Below are positions 28,390 to 41,849 of a stretch of DNA of 64,000 bases, in pieces (positions within the stretch are counted from its first letter, which is position 1; each line of letters begins with the position of its first letter). The stretch covers positions 21,142,001 to 21,206,000 of the forward strand of contig OX597817.1 of NCBI GenBank assembly GCA_951406725.2. Direction: 5' to 3'. The notes beneath the pieces are model-generated. The model saw only the letters and a list, made by a program, of their open reading frames with translations. It had not been told where the DNA came from and searched no databases. Source of the DNA: Octopus vulgaris. Its lineage: Eukaryota. The position numbers and the translations under genes were made by a program.

Positions 28390-29558
28390 TTCTACCCATT
28401 GTCCAACTAGATTTTCAAACCTCGTTGGAAGAAATCACCCGATTTCGACTCAGAAACTTGTTCGATGCTCTCAATTCTGCATCAATATTAAATGAAACTT
28501 CGCGCATAGCATTTGAAAGACATAGAAAGAGGTGGAAATCCTTGGGTGCCAAATCAAGGGAGTACGGCGTGTGTGGCAGCACTTCCCAGCCGTGTGTTTG
28601 AATGGCTTCCTTTGTCATATTGGCGATATGAGTGCGGGCGTTGTCGTGCAGCAGAAGAACTCCATGCTAACGATTAGGTATATTCTCTTGAATAGCCGTG
28701 TTGAGTCGTTCCAACTGTTGAACATAGAGTTCCGCGTTTACCGTTTGGTTCCGTTCAAGCAATTCGTAATGGATAATCGCTTCCCAATCCAACCATACGC
28801 ACAACATCATGTTACGCGGATGAAGATCTCGTTTCACGCGTTGTATCGCTTCGTTATCGGGACCAAGCCATTTCTGACGCTGCTTCATATTGATGTAGAG
28901 GCACCATGTTTCGTCGCCAGTAACTATTCAGTAAAGAAATCATTGCTAATGTCCATGAGTAGAACGGGGACGGGCAAGCAAATCAGCGGAGATTGTGACT
29001 CTTTGATTTTTGTTGTTGTCACTTAAAGGATGCGTAACCCATGCACCATATTTCTGAACCTTTCCCACCGAGTGAAGATCCTTTTCTATAGCAGTGTGGG
29101 AGCATTCCATTTTCTCTGCCAGTTCCCTTTGTTTGACGAGAATTTTCGTAAAAATGTAGGTTTAATCGCTCTTCATCGAACTCAACGGTACGGCCAGAAT
29201 GAGGTGCGTTTTTGAGGTCAAAATTTCCATTTTTGAAATTGGGATATGAATCAAGAGCAGCTCTTTCGGCTATGGCACCCCCTCCATACACAGCACAAAT
29301 GTCACGAGCAGCTTTTGCGGCTTGGAACATTCATTAAAAGCAAAAAGAAGGAGGTGTCAAAAATGCTCGTTTTTCTTAACTTGACATTCCATTTTAATGA
29401 TCTGAAAATAAACAAAAATCGCCTGAAATTAACTAGAAAAAAGAGAAAGATTCCAAAATGATCCAAAAATAGAATTCTGGAAAATAATGGATTCCAAAAT
29501 TTAAAAACGCAATAAATTCCAATTTTTTTTAAATGGCGGGAACTTAGTTGCCAATCCA

Positions 29559-29559
<1 letters not shown>
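28390..29559 (-). pseudogene. mariner (DD34D) transposon remnant
   Basis: VTGDETWCLY, LHPRNMMLCVW, LHDNARTH, HTPYSLDLAPKDFHLF, with several frameshifts. TIR-like end tattggattggcaactaagttcc at ~29538-29560. Confidence 0.9.
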
Positions 29560-29593
<34 letters not shown>

Positions 29594-29654
29594 TATATGT
29601 ATATACGTATGTGTGTGTGTGTGTGTGTCTATATATCTAATCAATAATGATATA

Positions 29655-30217
29655 GGGTAAAATTAATTAATTAATAATTAATAATTTTACCAAGTAGTTC
29701 GGTATGTTAACGAACCACTTTCATTAACCATATACAAAAATTCTATAATTATAAGCTTAATTATAATGAGGATTCAGCAAAAATTGCTTCACCACATACC
29801 GAAATTTAGAAATAGCAGTTAAATATTATTCCACTACCATAAGATATCTCCCAGACAAAAATACTCTCAACTCGCGCAGGTAAATAGATGGCGCCTGGTC
29901 GAGTACGCATGTTAATTAATAGTGCTCTCAAATTTAAAATTGAAATTCTATACTGATGAAGGGATTAAGTGAGTAGAAATATGATTTTACATATATTTAC
30001 ATCTCTTTATCACAGAAACGCGTATATAGTAAATCAAAGCCGGGTGGATTCGTTATTCATTTTTTCCTCTTTACCTGCGTGAGTTGAGAGCATTGCTCTT
30101 TGGGAGGTATCTTATGAGAGTGGAATAGTATTTAACTGCTATTTCTAAATTTCGGTATGTGGTGAAGCAATTTCTGCTGAACCCTAAATACAATTATGCT
30201 TATAATTATAGAATTTA
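29655..30217 (+). mobile_element. Penelope-like pLTR remnant with inverted duplication
   Basis: ~145 bp inverted repeat (29738-29884 / 30071-30217) around a hammerhead motif. The first ~65 bp recur at ~58880-58950. Confidence 0.65.
29948..30029 (+). ncRNA. Minimal type I hammerhead ribozyme
   Basis: CTATA-CTGATGA-[long stem II]-GAAA-CGCG-TA-TATAG: perfect stem I and a palindromic stem III. Confidence 0.75.
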
Positions 30218-30335
30218 TATATATATATATATATAATATTAATTAGAGACAAAACCACTATTATGCAAATCAAACAAAGAAAGACTTAATCCAATACATA
30301 AAATTTTTTATATAAATTAAATAAAATTAAGTTAT

Positions 30336-30381
30336 CCACTACAATTGTTTCTTGTCACTTCTAAGGATATTCATCAGGTGG
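30336..30381 (-). ncRNA. Minimal type I hammerhead ribozyme (weak stem II)
   Basis: Minus strand CCAC-CTGATGA-atatccttagaagtgacaa-GAAA-CAATTG-TA-GTGG. Confidence 0.7.
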
Positions 30382-30658
30382 TTTTCAGACCTAAAAATAA
30401 TCGATATTTTTAAGATATAAATTTGAAATGACTAAAAAATATAAATAATATAAATTTATCAATGAAAAAATATATATATAATCTATATATAATCTATATA
30501 TAATCAAGAACTAAAATAACCTCTATAAACAATTGAATATAATGAAACCTAGTATTTAAGTTCTCATATTTAAAGAAGAATCTAATTTCAAAAAACGGAT
30601 TCAATCCTAAATCTGATTTTTCCCTGTAAATTTGGATTTATTCCCTAATATTTATTAT

Positions 30659-30722
<64 letters not shown>

Positions 30723-30781
30723 GCACATATCTATATATGTATGTCTATGTATGTATGTCTATGTATCTATGTATCTCTATA

Positions 30782-30831
<50 letters not shown>

Positions 30832-30857
30832 TGTATATACCATGTACGTTCATACAT

Positions 30858-31480
30858 ATTTCCCCAAATGTGCATCTGCTTAGTTATCCTGATATCTTTC
30901 ATTCTAATAAAGTGTTCAGTCCAATGTAACTGGTGCTTGTGCACGATCGCCTCAATCCTCAAGGTATGAGATGTCCTCAGTATCTGTGTTTCTGGGGTTT
31001 TTAAGGTCCAGCTAACATTCAGAATGTGTCTGAGACATCTCTGGGGAACCTTACACGACGTTTGTAAAGGGTTCATATCTCACATGAGTAAAAGAGCGAT
31101 GTCAGTACACATGTACCGTACACAACAATTTTTATGATGCCATGCTACAATTTAAGGACTGTGTCAAGTCCCTATTAAAGGTCTGTGATGTGCAGAAGAA
31201 TAACTGAGAGAGCTATGCCTGTCATCGAAATAGATGGAGGAAGCAGATTAAAGAAGGGGTCGACACTTTTGGGTGAGCTCGAAAGTGCTGCTCGAAAGTG
31301 CTGCTCGAAAGTGCACAGCTGGTGTATTGAATAGGGAAAGGTTGGTTTAGAATGTTTGCAGTCGTGTATGCTTGTCAAGAGCAGGGCTCATTAGCCACCA
31401 ATGAATCGGCAAATGCAAAATATGTAGTCCTACAGCGCACAATGTTCCTGAAGGTCGGCAATGGTCTTCCTCCATCACGA
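30858..31480. mobile_element. RTE-clade LINE 3' fragment with internal inversion
   Basis: Minus 30858-31170 encodes [32 protein letters not shown]. Plus 31175-31480 carries the downstream NRWRKQIKEGVDTF segment and tail. Confidence 0.7.
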
Positions 31481-31719
31481 GTGGACTGTCATAATCATTA
31501 TAAACATATATATAAATCTACATGTATGTATAGGTGGAGTGTGTGTATACACCCCATGCCCACAGATGCACACACTTCTTACAGTAGACATGGAGGCAGG
31601 AAGTATCTAGGCCAAAGTAATTTAGAAGGCCGTAAACAACCCCTACACAAAACGAATCGCTTTGTCACTGTGTCAAGCAGTACGTCTACAAATACTCTGA
31701 CTCACAGGAACCACTCTTT

Positions 31720-32025
31720 GCGCTGGTAAAAACAAGATTAAAACTTTCCTAGTATCCTGCCGCAAGTCCTTGCGCCAAACCTTTCTTTAGGGCGCCCTTG
31801 AGGGAGGCTGCTGGAGAGAGAGAGAAACATATAGAATCCTGGTCGGACACCATTTTGGGATGGAAAAATTATAGCACCGCAAACTTACACAGATGACACA
31901 AAACAGATACAAATATAACTTGACTAAAGAAAGAACGTTACGAATGACCTGACCTTTCAATGTCATGTCTATGTATGTATGTCTATGTATCTCCCTGTCC
32001 GTACATCTCTATATATATGTTCCAC

Positions 32026-32081
<56 letters not shown>

Positions 32082-32323
32082 TGTATATATTTGTACGTGG
32101 TATACATATTTAAAGTTGCATTTGGTCTAATATCCTGTCTGTACGTGACAACAGATGGCAGTATACGGTTGCATGTGCATTGAGAGCTAGCTGTAATCTC
32201 AGGAGGCGAGATGTCCTCAGTATCTGTGTTTCTGGGGTATTTTAAGGTCCGGTACTTGTCTCTCGTTCTGTGTTTATGTAATTTCACTCGTTGATAATAT
32301 CCTGTATGCAGCCTTTGTCAACA
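31720..32323 (-). mobile_element. Possible LTR plus primer-binding-site remnant
   Basis: The minus strand begins TGTTG at 32323 and ends ...CCA followed by aaaTGGTGTCCGACC (31852-31841). No second LTR or gag motif confirms it. Confidence 0.25.
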
Positions 32324-32347
32324 GTAAGATTTTACATTTATATATAA

Positions 32348-32646
32348 CTAGCAGTATCGCCCGGCGTTGCTCGGGTTTGTAAGGGAAATAACGATATAAG
32401 CATTTTTAGAGATGTAAGTATAATAGCCATCTCAATATGGCTAACCACAGAGGCTTGGTGTTACTGTAGCTTTTTTTAAAATCGTAGACTCGTCGTAGAC
32501 GCGCGCTAATACCCAGAAGGGCTCGATATGAATCACGACTATAAGATACCCGGTTTTGGTTAAACTGCACCGCAAAATGTGGGAGTAGTTAGGAATCTAA
32601 ATCGTAGGAGTCAGACAGCACACAACCTCTCTTTTATATATAAAGA
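32348..32646 (-). mobile_element. Non-autonomous Helitron, ~300 bp
   Basis: Minus strand 5' A|TCTTTATATA, subterminal hairpin cccgagcaacgccggg, 3' CTAG|T. Confidence 0.88.
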
Positions 32647-33559
32647 TTTCTCCGTATCGGCTCTCTGCCTATTTTCTTTCTGTCTCGCTATCCCTCTATA
32701 ATCCTCTATATTTCTTTTTCTCTCCCTCCTTATTTGCTGTCCTCTGCTCTCTGTTGGCCCCCTTTCCATGCACCTGTTGCTCACACATGACTACAGGCCA
32801 TTTTTCTCTTCTCTTTGGCTTTTCTGGATGGTATGCCGGAGCCGGACGTAATTTTTCTCGCCTCTCGATATCTTTTTTCTCTTCTATTTTTGTCTTCATT
32901 TTATTCTATATCCTTTCAAAATTTCACCCAAGCTTTACCCATTATAATTGGTCTTGGCCCAGCGACTCTTAACGCCTGTTTCGTCTAACGTTTCCGTACG
33001 TCTACTCTGGTATCGTTTATTCGTTCGAAGTCCTAACTCTCCGTGAATGCTATATTTTTGTAATTTCTTGATGCTGCTGTCTTGTTAAATGCACGAAGTT
33101 TTCCTGTCTTTGTAAATGCACGAAATAGGTAGTAATAAACAGTCGACAACTGAGGAAGAGTTAGAGTTCATCTGGTATTTTGTCCCGTAATTGCCTCTTG
33201 CTGTTTGGTTACGTAATTTTCGCAGGTTGGTGATGTCCTGTACTGAACATATGTTTCATTTATATTATATATATATATATATATATATGTTTGCTTATAT
33301 ATGTATATATATATAACCACTATAAATAATAGTAATCATACTATAAAACACTACTAGTTCAAATTTGGATTTGAAGTAATCCCTCGAGAGAGTATTTTCT
33401 ACCAACGTAAGTAAAAAAAACAGCAGTTATGGCACAAAAAGCTGTTAACGAAATTAGTAATGAATATTTACAACAGTGTGATGAACCCATATTCTGGCAG
33501 ATTAACACCTGTTTATATGCTCTGGCTACAACTAGAAAGCAGTACCTGAATGGCACTGA

Positions 33560-36207
33560 GTAAGTAAACGAAACGGAAACAACAAAGAAAGTACCAATAT
33601 GGGTTTTGAAGACAGAGCTAAAGAATACTGGTTTACGGAAGACCGTCTGTCATATAATGATGCTTATAGCGTTGAAAGAAACAAATCACTATACGCCCCA
33701 CTTACAGAAACTAGGAGATAGAAAGGATGTTTGGAGACACCAAAATAAAGACACTCGTAGACTCGTCGTTTAGACCCGCTAATACCAGAAGGAGCTCGAT
33801 ATGAATGTCAGTGAAAAACTCCGACAAGAGAATAAATGAGAGAAGAGCAAGAAACAGGCAGCAGTATACAAAGACAGGAGGGAAAGAGCAGTGAACATCA
33901 CAGATGCTCTTTCACGAGAAAAATTTTTCTCCTTCTGGAGGAAAATCTGGAGTGAAGAGGAGTTTAATTAAGATGCTCTGTGACTGAAAGAAATCGGAAG
34001 AAGTAATTGCACCTGCGTTACACCCAAGACATACAACATTGATGGTGAGACTCTTGCAACTGTGATCCAGAAACTCCAGATTGGAAAAGCTCCTGGAAGA
34101 GACTTGTTTGTTGGACATTTGAACAAGAAACTAACATTCTACCGACCGTATCTTACCAAGGTGTACCAGCAACTTCTCAATGGGAACAGATGCATACAAC
34201 ACTAGTTAACCTCTGACAGAGACATAATTGATCCCCAAATACAGAACCACCCACGTGGCAAAAACCTAGCGGCCAATCTCATTCCAGATCTTACTGTATA
34301 AGATATATGCAGCATATTTAAACCTCTTCCTCCAAGATCATTCTGAAACCAATTTCATCATCACAGCAGAACCAGCAGCTGAGAAGGGAATCTGGGGATG
34401 CGCTGAACAATTGTTTATCAACAAAACTGAGATGTCAGAGTTGCGAAAGCATAGGATGAGCCTAGTGTCAATATGGCTAGACTGTAAGAATGCCGTTGGC
34501 TCTGTTCCCCACTCATCAGGTTGGTGATGTCCTGTACTGAACATTGCTAAAGTCCCAGTGAGCATAGTTAAAGTCATAGCCGAACTGACTTCATCGTGGG
34601 TCACCATCTTGAAATTAAACACAAAGAATGACTGTATTATCACTGATAGAAAACAGTATTGCAAAGGCAAATTCGAGGTGAACAATCTCTCTATGATGCT
34701 GTTTATTCTTTCTGCAAAATCCCTCTAATTCATGTTAAGGAGGTTTGAACGTTCACAAGGAAACCGATATACCTAAAACACACACTATTTCTTTGTAGAT
34801 TACTTGAAACTTTGCGCAAAGAATATGCATATGATATACGAACGAACAAAGTAGCAAAAATACATTCTTTTTGGATGTTGTAATTCCAATGAAGGAGCCT
34901 TGGATCTGGCTTAGAAACCGGCTCTTTCTCTATTGGCAAGAAATCTTGAGCGTTGAAAGAAACAAATCACTATACGCCCCACTTACAGAAACTAGGAGAT
35001 AGAAAGGATGTTTGGAGACACCAAAATAAAGACACTCGCAACCTGTTTACCCTCAACCAGGAGCTAAAAGATGTCAGTGAAAAACTCCGACAAGAGAATA
35101 AATGAGAGAAGAGCAAGAAACAGGCAGCAGTATACAAAGACAGGAGGGAAAGAGCAGTGAACATCACAGATGCTCTTTCACGAGAAAAATTTTCTCCTTC
35201 TGGAGGAAAATCTGGAGTGAAGAGGAGTTTAATTAAGATGCTCTGTGACTGAAAGAAATCGGAAGAAGTAATTGCACCTGCGTTACACCCAAGACATACA
35301 ACATTGATGGTGAGACTCTTGCAACTGTGATCCAGAAACTCCAGATTGGAAAAGCTCCTGGAAGAGACTTGTTTGTTGGACATTTGAACAAGAAACTAAC
35401 ATTCTACCGACCGTATCTTACCAAGGTGTACCAGCAACTTCTCAATGGGAACAAATGCATACAACACTAGTTAACCTCTGACAGAGACATAATTGATCCC
35501 CAAATACAGAACCACCCACGTGGCAAAAACCTAGCGGCCAATCTCATTCCAGATCTTACTGTATAAGATATATGCAGCATATTTAAACCTCTTCCTCCAA
35601 GATCATTCTGAAACCAATTTCATCATCACAGCAGAACCAGCAGCTGAGAAGGGAATCTGGGGATGCGCTGAACAATTGTTTATCAACAAAACTGAGATGT
35701 CAGAGTTGCGAAAGCATAGGAGGAGCCTAGTGTCAATATGGCTAGACTGTAAGAATGCCGTTGGCTCTGTTCCCCACTCATGGATAATAGAAGGCCTTCA
35801 ACTTGCTAAAGTCCCAGTGAGCATAGTTAAAGTCATAGCCGAACTGACTTCATCGTGGGTCACCATCTTGAAATTAAACACAAAGAGTGACTGTATTATC
35901 ACTGATAGAAAACAGTATTGCAAAGGCAAATTCGAGGTGAACAATCTCTCTATGATGCTGTTTATTCTTTCTGCAAAATCCCTCTAATTCATGTTAAGGA
36001 GGTTTGAACGTTCACAAGGAAACCGATATACCTAAAACACACACTATTTCTTTGTAGATTACTTGAAACTTTGCGCAAAGAATATGCATATGATATACGA
36101 ACGAACAAAGTAGCAAAAATACATTCTTTTTGGATGTTGTAATTCCAATGAAGGAGCCTTGGATTTGGCTTAGAAACCGGCTCTTTCTCTATTGGCAAGA
36201 AATCTTG
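33560..36207 (+). pseudogene. Degenerate R4/Dong RT fragment present as a near-identical tandem duplication (33668-34948 / 34949-36207)
   Basis: WLDCKNAVGSVPHSWI (= WxDYxKAFDSxPHxWI). The two copies are identical apart from a few substitutions and two foreign patches. Confidence 0.85.
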
Positions 36208-37544
36208 CAGTAAAACTGAACAATGATATACATACACTTACACACATATCTGTATGTATGTGTATATGTATGTAGGCATGTATGTATACATGAAAGTGGT
36301 GTTTGTAAGAATCCGATTCTGTTCTAATGTTATAAATTCCATCAAAATCCTACTCTAATTAAGGTCAATGACCATATTAGTGAAGGCATATTTGATAACA
36401 GCTTGTCACGAAGGGAGAAGTATTTGATAAATTTTCAGTGAAGATAATCATACTCTTTCTTACTCAGTTGCATTCTGTAATAATTTCAAATTACAATTAA
36501 ATATTAGGAGTTAAACCAATGATCTCTGACACGACCATAGAAACATTTTATTTAAAGATATAATTTGTGACTCAGGTACTTCCAACTGATGCACCAATCA
36601 ATTTAACTAAATTTCAATGATGTCACAACACTTTTAGAAGTCTATAGACCAAAATAAATAAATAAATGAATAAATAAATAAAATGGATGCCAAATACAAA
36701 CTAGTTGGGCAATGACTAGAGAATTTTACTGATGGACAAATTAATATATGGAATCACTAATGATGATTGCAATGATTGCTTGAGCTGGACACTTAACTCC
36801 CAAAAGCCCAGTACTCTTAGTTGTAATTACGATCACAGGGTTGGTATAGAACAATGCACTTAGCAGCTGTAGTGTCATGCAATTAACGGGATTTATTACT
36901 TTGTCTTGTAGAGCTTGATTTTGCGTTTGAGCTTGTCTGAGATAAAATGAATAAAATCACACTCGCATTTCAAATCACCATCACACGAGACTGATCTAAT
37001 AACAATTTATTTCAACAATAATGAGACGTGCAGAATAATATTGCTTAATATTATATTTCAATCACAAATCAATCATCACTATTCAGTGTGGCAACATTTG
37101 TATAGAATTCTCTTTTGGGATAGTGACGCGTTTCTGCACCGATTAATTTCGCAGGTTTCATTAAAAAAAAAATTTTTATCTTTTAAATTTACAGTTTCTA
37201 TTCACTTGTGAGTAAACCAGTTCCCGCTTTTTGTTCATGGGTACCCTCATTCTTCGGCAGCAACCCCAGTAGTTCTATACAAACGACAAAAACTGATTTT
37301 GTTCGCTCACAAGTTTGTATGAGTACACACGCATATAAATACGCACACGCTCGCACACGCACACGCACACACACACACATGTGTGTATACGTATATTAGT
37401 GTAAGCGAATGTGAACTTCTGTATACATATACATACATAAATTTTTCCTTAGCAGTTCTGTATCCTTACATACACACACACCAACACATACACATACACA
37501 TACTGCTCTTCCTTGTCTATAGCTAATCGACGACCTCGTAAAGA

Positions 37545-37835
37545 AAGTCTGAGTTGTCCAAAGAGGTGAAAGTAGATCAAAGTGATAGCTAGTCTCTATG
37601 CAGTATGTTCCAGCAATTTAAAACCCAATGTGTCATTGGTTTTCAACGGTGTGGTCCGTATGTGATCGTGCATTGGTCTACAAAAATAAAACTTGCTTTG
37701 ACAATAGACCTTGACATTTGGTTCGAATTAGTGGTTTCGGTTTGTTAGCCAGCGTTTCCCTGTAGCCTAAAGTGGTGACTGGTGATCCTTTTTCCAGGTA
37801 ATGTTCCAGTATAGGCTCTTTAGCTTCCTCCAAAG
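37545..37835 (-). pseudogene. mariner transposase fragment
   Basis: PILEHYLEKG..QGLLSKQVLFL, then NARSHT and a decayed LEH..FHLFGQL segment. Confidence 0.7.
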
Positions 37836-38409
37836 CGGTCCCTATAGATGGCATTGGCACTGGGCGTGTTGCTGCTACTATAGGGATTGTCAGGTCTGCT
37901 ACTGTGGACGTTATGGACGTAGTTGGTAATGCTGGTGCTGTTGGTCATGCTCCTGTTGTTGTTGCTGTTGTTGCCGTCGGAGGAAATGTCAATGCTACCA
38001 GTGGTGCTGTTATTGCTGTTGTTGCTCGTGTTGTTAGCTGTGGCGATGGTGGCAGTGCTGCTAGTTCAGTTCTGGTGTGTACAGCTGCTACCGTTTCTAC
38101 CGGTTACATTGCCAGGGTTTACTACTAGTTCGGCTTCGTAGACTGCCGCTTTAGTTTCGCAGGGCTTCCCTGCATCAATATCCTGCCTCTTCCTGTGAGT
38201 TAAGAGCGTTATCTAGGAAGCTATTCATAAACGAGACTCTAAATTTGTGAAAATGGACCCGTACCTATGGGAACTAGTGAAAAACTTATCTATTAATTTA
38301 AGGAATATTCTACCCACGAGCCTTTTGTGTTATATATATATATATATATATAATTTTAGGTTTTTTACTTTACAACTTATATCCCTTTACAGTTTAACAA
38401 CTTTTCATT

Positions 38410-40106
38410 ACAGATTGGTCAAGGATATCCCCTGTGTGGCGACCACTGCGAACTGTTGCTCGGATCGCATGTTCTACTTTGGGATGACAGCAAACTGGCT
38501 GGACCGGCAGCTCGCACGAGACAACGCGTCGCCCTGGCCAGCTCTCAGCTGAGAGTAAATTACATCTTTGATGTTCTCGCTCAGGCCATGGTGAGCACCT
38601 GTCACAAGTTCCATTTGCAATACACGGTGACCAGGACCACGACGGTCAACTGCAAAATCATTAAGGTATTTATGAAATTGAACATTTGCCAGACATTCTA
38701 GAGGCTGCTACCGATCCAGACGTGGGGGGGCGTCGAGGATGTGGACCTGGACGTGTATCTCGAAGCTGGAGGTGTGGACGAAGTTGAGTACATCTCTGTT
38801 GAGGCCTTACATGACGAGTCCAGGAGATTGAGCCTAAAGCTGCCGGGGCACATGAATGAAGTGAGTAGCCCATACCTTCAATCTGGTTGCCAGAGTAGAT
38901 GCCGACAAATCTTCAGACAATGCTTCGTCCAATCGGCCTATAAGAAGGCCATTTCCGCGTCACAGCGGCTATATAATCTGCAGAGCTGTAGCAAGATGGA
39001 GGTAGACGGCTTCTGGACGTGTTGAAGAGTAGGCTGGTGTTCCCCAACAGTATCAGATAGAACTCTACCTACGACAATGTTGCTGTCCTCAACAACCTGC
39101 TGGACAAAATAGGGGAGCTATCCACGAGGTGATGACGAAGCTGACACTGCAGACCTTCGCTGATTCTGATTTCGGCTTCCTGGCGGAGTACGCTTAGGTA
39201 ACGTCTAATATTGCAAAAAGCTTCGATAAAATCCAGAAGGAGGACCAGGCCTATCTCGGGAGCCTTCTGCCGACTGTAGCGGCTTCCGTCATGAAGTTGA
39301 ATGAGGCCAAGTTAAAAGAAGTCTTAAACTGCAGTCGTCTAGTAATCGTGATACTGGTGGGCATAAAATGTATGTGCGCCTCCTAGCAGACCTGGAGTGG
39401 TGCCAATTGGTCGCTGATTTCCAACTCAAGTTTTGCCTGTTTTGGCTGGAACAGTATAATAACAGCCAGGTTATCAGAGTAACAGACGCCACGGAGACCG
39501 TCGAAGAGACAGCCCTAATGGAGACCCACTAGAAGGGCAGCAGTACCACTAGCAATGAGTATGAGGAAGATGATTTCTTCATCAATATCACTCGGTTCCG
39601 GGAGAGCAGGAGCAGGTCCAAGTGAGCCACCCAATTAGATGGTAACTTTGAAAGGCTGAGGTTCATGAAGGGCAACGTGCATCACGTCGAGGTGATGGAG
39701 AAGAACCAGCCAGAGTAGTACACCTTGATTATCATCTCATCTTGGCATGATACTACACTATAGCTTTTTGATTCGTATAATACATTTTGTACAGTAAATA
39801 GATGTTTTGATGTTTAATTTCATTTCTTCATATAATTATTCATCTGATTTAGCATGCTCTACGTTTTTGGAAAGCTCTGTGTCTAAACTACAAGATAAAA
39901 ATTCCAGCTCTCTACGTCTGTTGTTAAAGGTTTTAGATCAAAAAGAAAAGCAACCGAAAATATGACAAACGTTAGCGATCATCATTTACCGTTATCATCC
40001 GCTAATTTTTTTTTTACCCCGTTTAGCGGTCTTGCGTTTTGAAGCTGACTTTTAAGTTAGCGGATTAGCGGTTAGTGAAGCTAAACTTTTGGTCAGCTGT
40101 ACTCAC

Positions 40107-40110
<4 letters not shown>
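38410..40110 (+). pseudogene. hAT transposase pseudogene with 3' subterminal repeats
   Basis: VATTANCCS..YFGMTANWLD (first catalytic D region), VTRTTTVN (TTDN), LPGH..HTFNLVA, R*NSTYD (RWNST), FLAEY..IQKE..YLGSLLP. ttagcgg repeats and terminus ..ctcaccacta at 39970-40110. Confidence 0.85.
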
Positions 40111-40159
<49 letters not shown>

Positions 40160-40160
<1 letters not shown>

Positions 40161-40325
40161 CGATATTCGACACAGTTTCCCCTTAACCAAATTCCTTTAT
40201 ATTACAAAGCATCGGTCTACCCCGAGCTACAGCAAGGCTCACTTGCCTAAGATCCCGCGCGATGGGACTGGACCAAGTACGCACTTGCAATGTGATCGCA
40301 CTAACCATTCCATAGTTCGCGCATT
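40160..40325 (-). mobile_element. SINE family A, degenerate 5' half
   Basis: Similar to the reverse complement of 62920-63065. Confidence 0.6.
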
Positions 40326-41700
40326 TTGAATCATTTCTGAAATGACAAAACAATCATTCTTTCCAACAATGTGTGTTACTAAATAGGAAATAATGTAGTG
40401 CCCTTCTTAATATTTTTTCTGAGACTCTATACAAGCATTTAATGTTCAAAGCTTTTTTGTTACTTATATTATATAATTTTCATCTAGATTTAGTTGCTTC
40501 TAATTATTGTTTACGGGTTTGTGACTGAGCCAATTTGCTGATAGCTCCCTATTTTTATTAGGCGCTTCCACAAAGTTAGCGTGTTTGCATGGTCAAGCGA
40601 TATAAGCCTCAGATTCAAAAAATCAGATTTAGAATGCGTGTCTGGCTTCCTGTTTCTCGTTTCTACGATCTTCGATTCACTTCCAATTTTGCAAAGTGAA
40701 TATGTCGATATAACTGTGAGGGCAAAGCTATTGCGATCTACAATTTTCCTTCTGACATATTTTTGAAATATTAACTTACGTGTTATATATATTCAGTTCC
40801 ATCTGAATTCTGTTTGGATGTTTCTATTGTAATTCGTTGATTTCGCTGTCTGAATCTCCATTAATCTTTTCTGTTTAAATTAATTTGTCACTTTTTAAGG
40901 TAGTTTCGGCGCATCTTAACATTCTGTCCTCATGTTGTTATAAGACTGCTATTCATGCATAGTTGATTCACAAAATTACCTGTCTCTCGTGTATAGTTAT
41001 ATATTCACAAAATAGATATTACAGCATAAACTGCGTCCAATGTATACGAAACCATAAATGGTTTGATATCCGAAACTTCCAAATGACTTTACAGCAAAAC
41101 AGACAACTAATAAGTATAACGAATTTTCCTAGAAAATTCCTGTTCTTATGGAAATATGATGGTATTTTTTCACGTCTTGCAGGGTTATTGATTTTTTCCC
41201 CCGCTTAGATATAGTCTGCTTGATATGATGAATTAGAATCGGGGCTGCTTTTCTTGATATACAATGCTTTCAATATCCAGAAATGCTTTTCGGTAATCAT
41301 TTCATTCCATAGTTATGTTTTTTTTTATATTCTTTACTTTTTTTTCTTGCTGTCATTGATAATTGTTTGTTCTAAAAATAGTCGTTCTTCATATTCATAA
41401 ACTTCTCTCCTGCGCCATTTTCTGTTTATGTGTAAGATGTTATTAATTTCCGTCAGTATTGCCAAGGCTGGTGAACAAATAAGGTTATTGTTTTTATTAA
41501 TGGTTTTGTTTATCCTGCACAGTGCATCAGTTATTATAAGTATTGTTTCTGTAGTACTCCAACACGTTCATATTTCGCTGTTTTTTTTTTTATTTCTCTT
41601 TTGTACTTTAATATTTCTTTCCAATACGTTCGGGTCGAATTTTGGTTCAATGGGATTGCAACATTGATGTAAATATATAGCTTTATATCATTTTCTCTAA

Positions 41701-41772
41701 ATAATAATAATAATAATCATAATAATCATAATAATAATAATAATAATAATATTAATAATAATATTATTATTA

Positions 41773-41833
<61 letters not shown>

Positions 41834-41845
41834 CATTATTATTAT
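41701..41845. repeat. Back-to-back (AAT)n/(ATT)n microsatellite (self-complementary)
   Basis: Directly visible; strand switch near 41760. Confidence 0.9.
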
Positions 41846-41849
41846 AGTG

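Noticed and set aside
37860-38150. Val/Ala/Gly-rich ORFs as a host exon (also CAG/GGT tract 61811-61880)
   Set aside because: Degenerate trinucleotide repeats with no domain or splice support.
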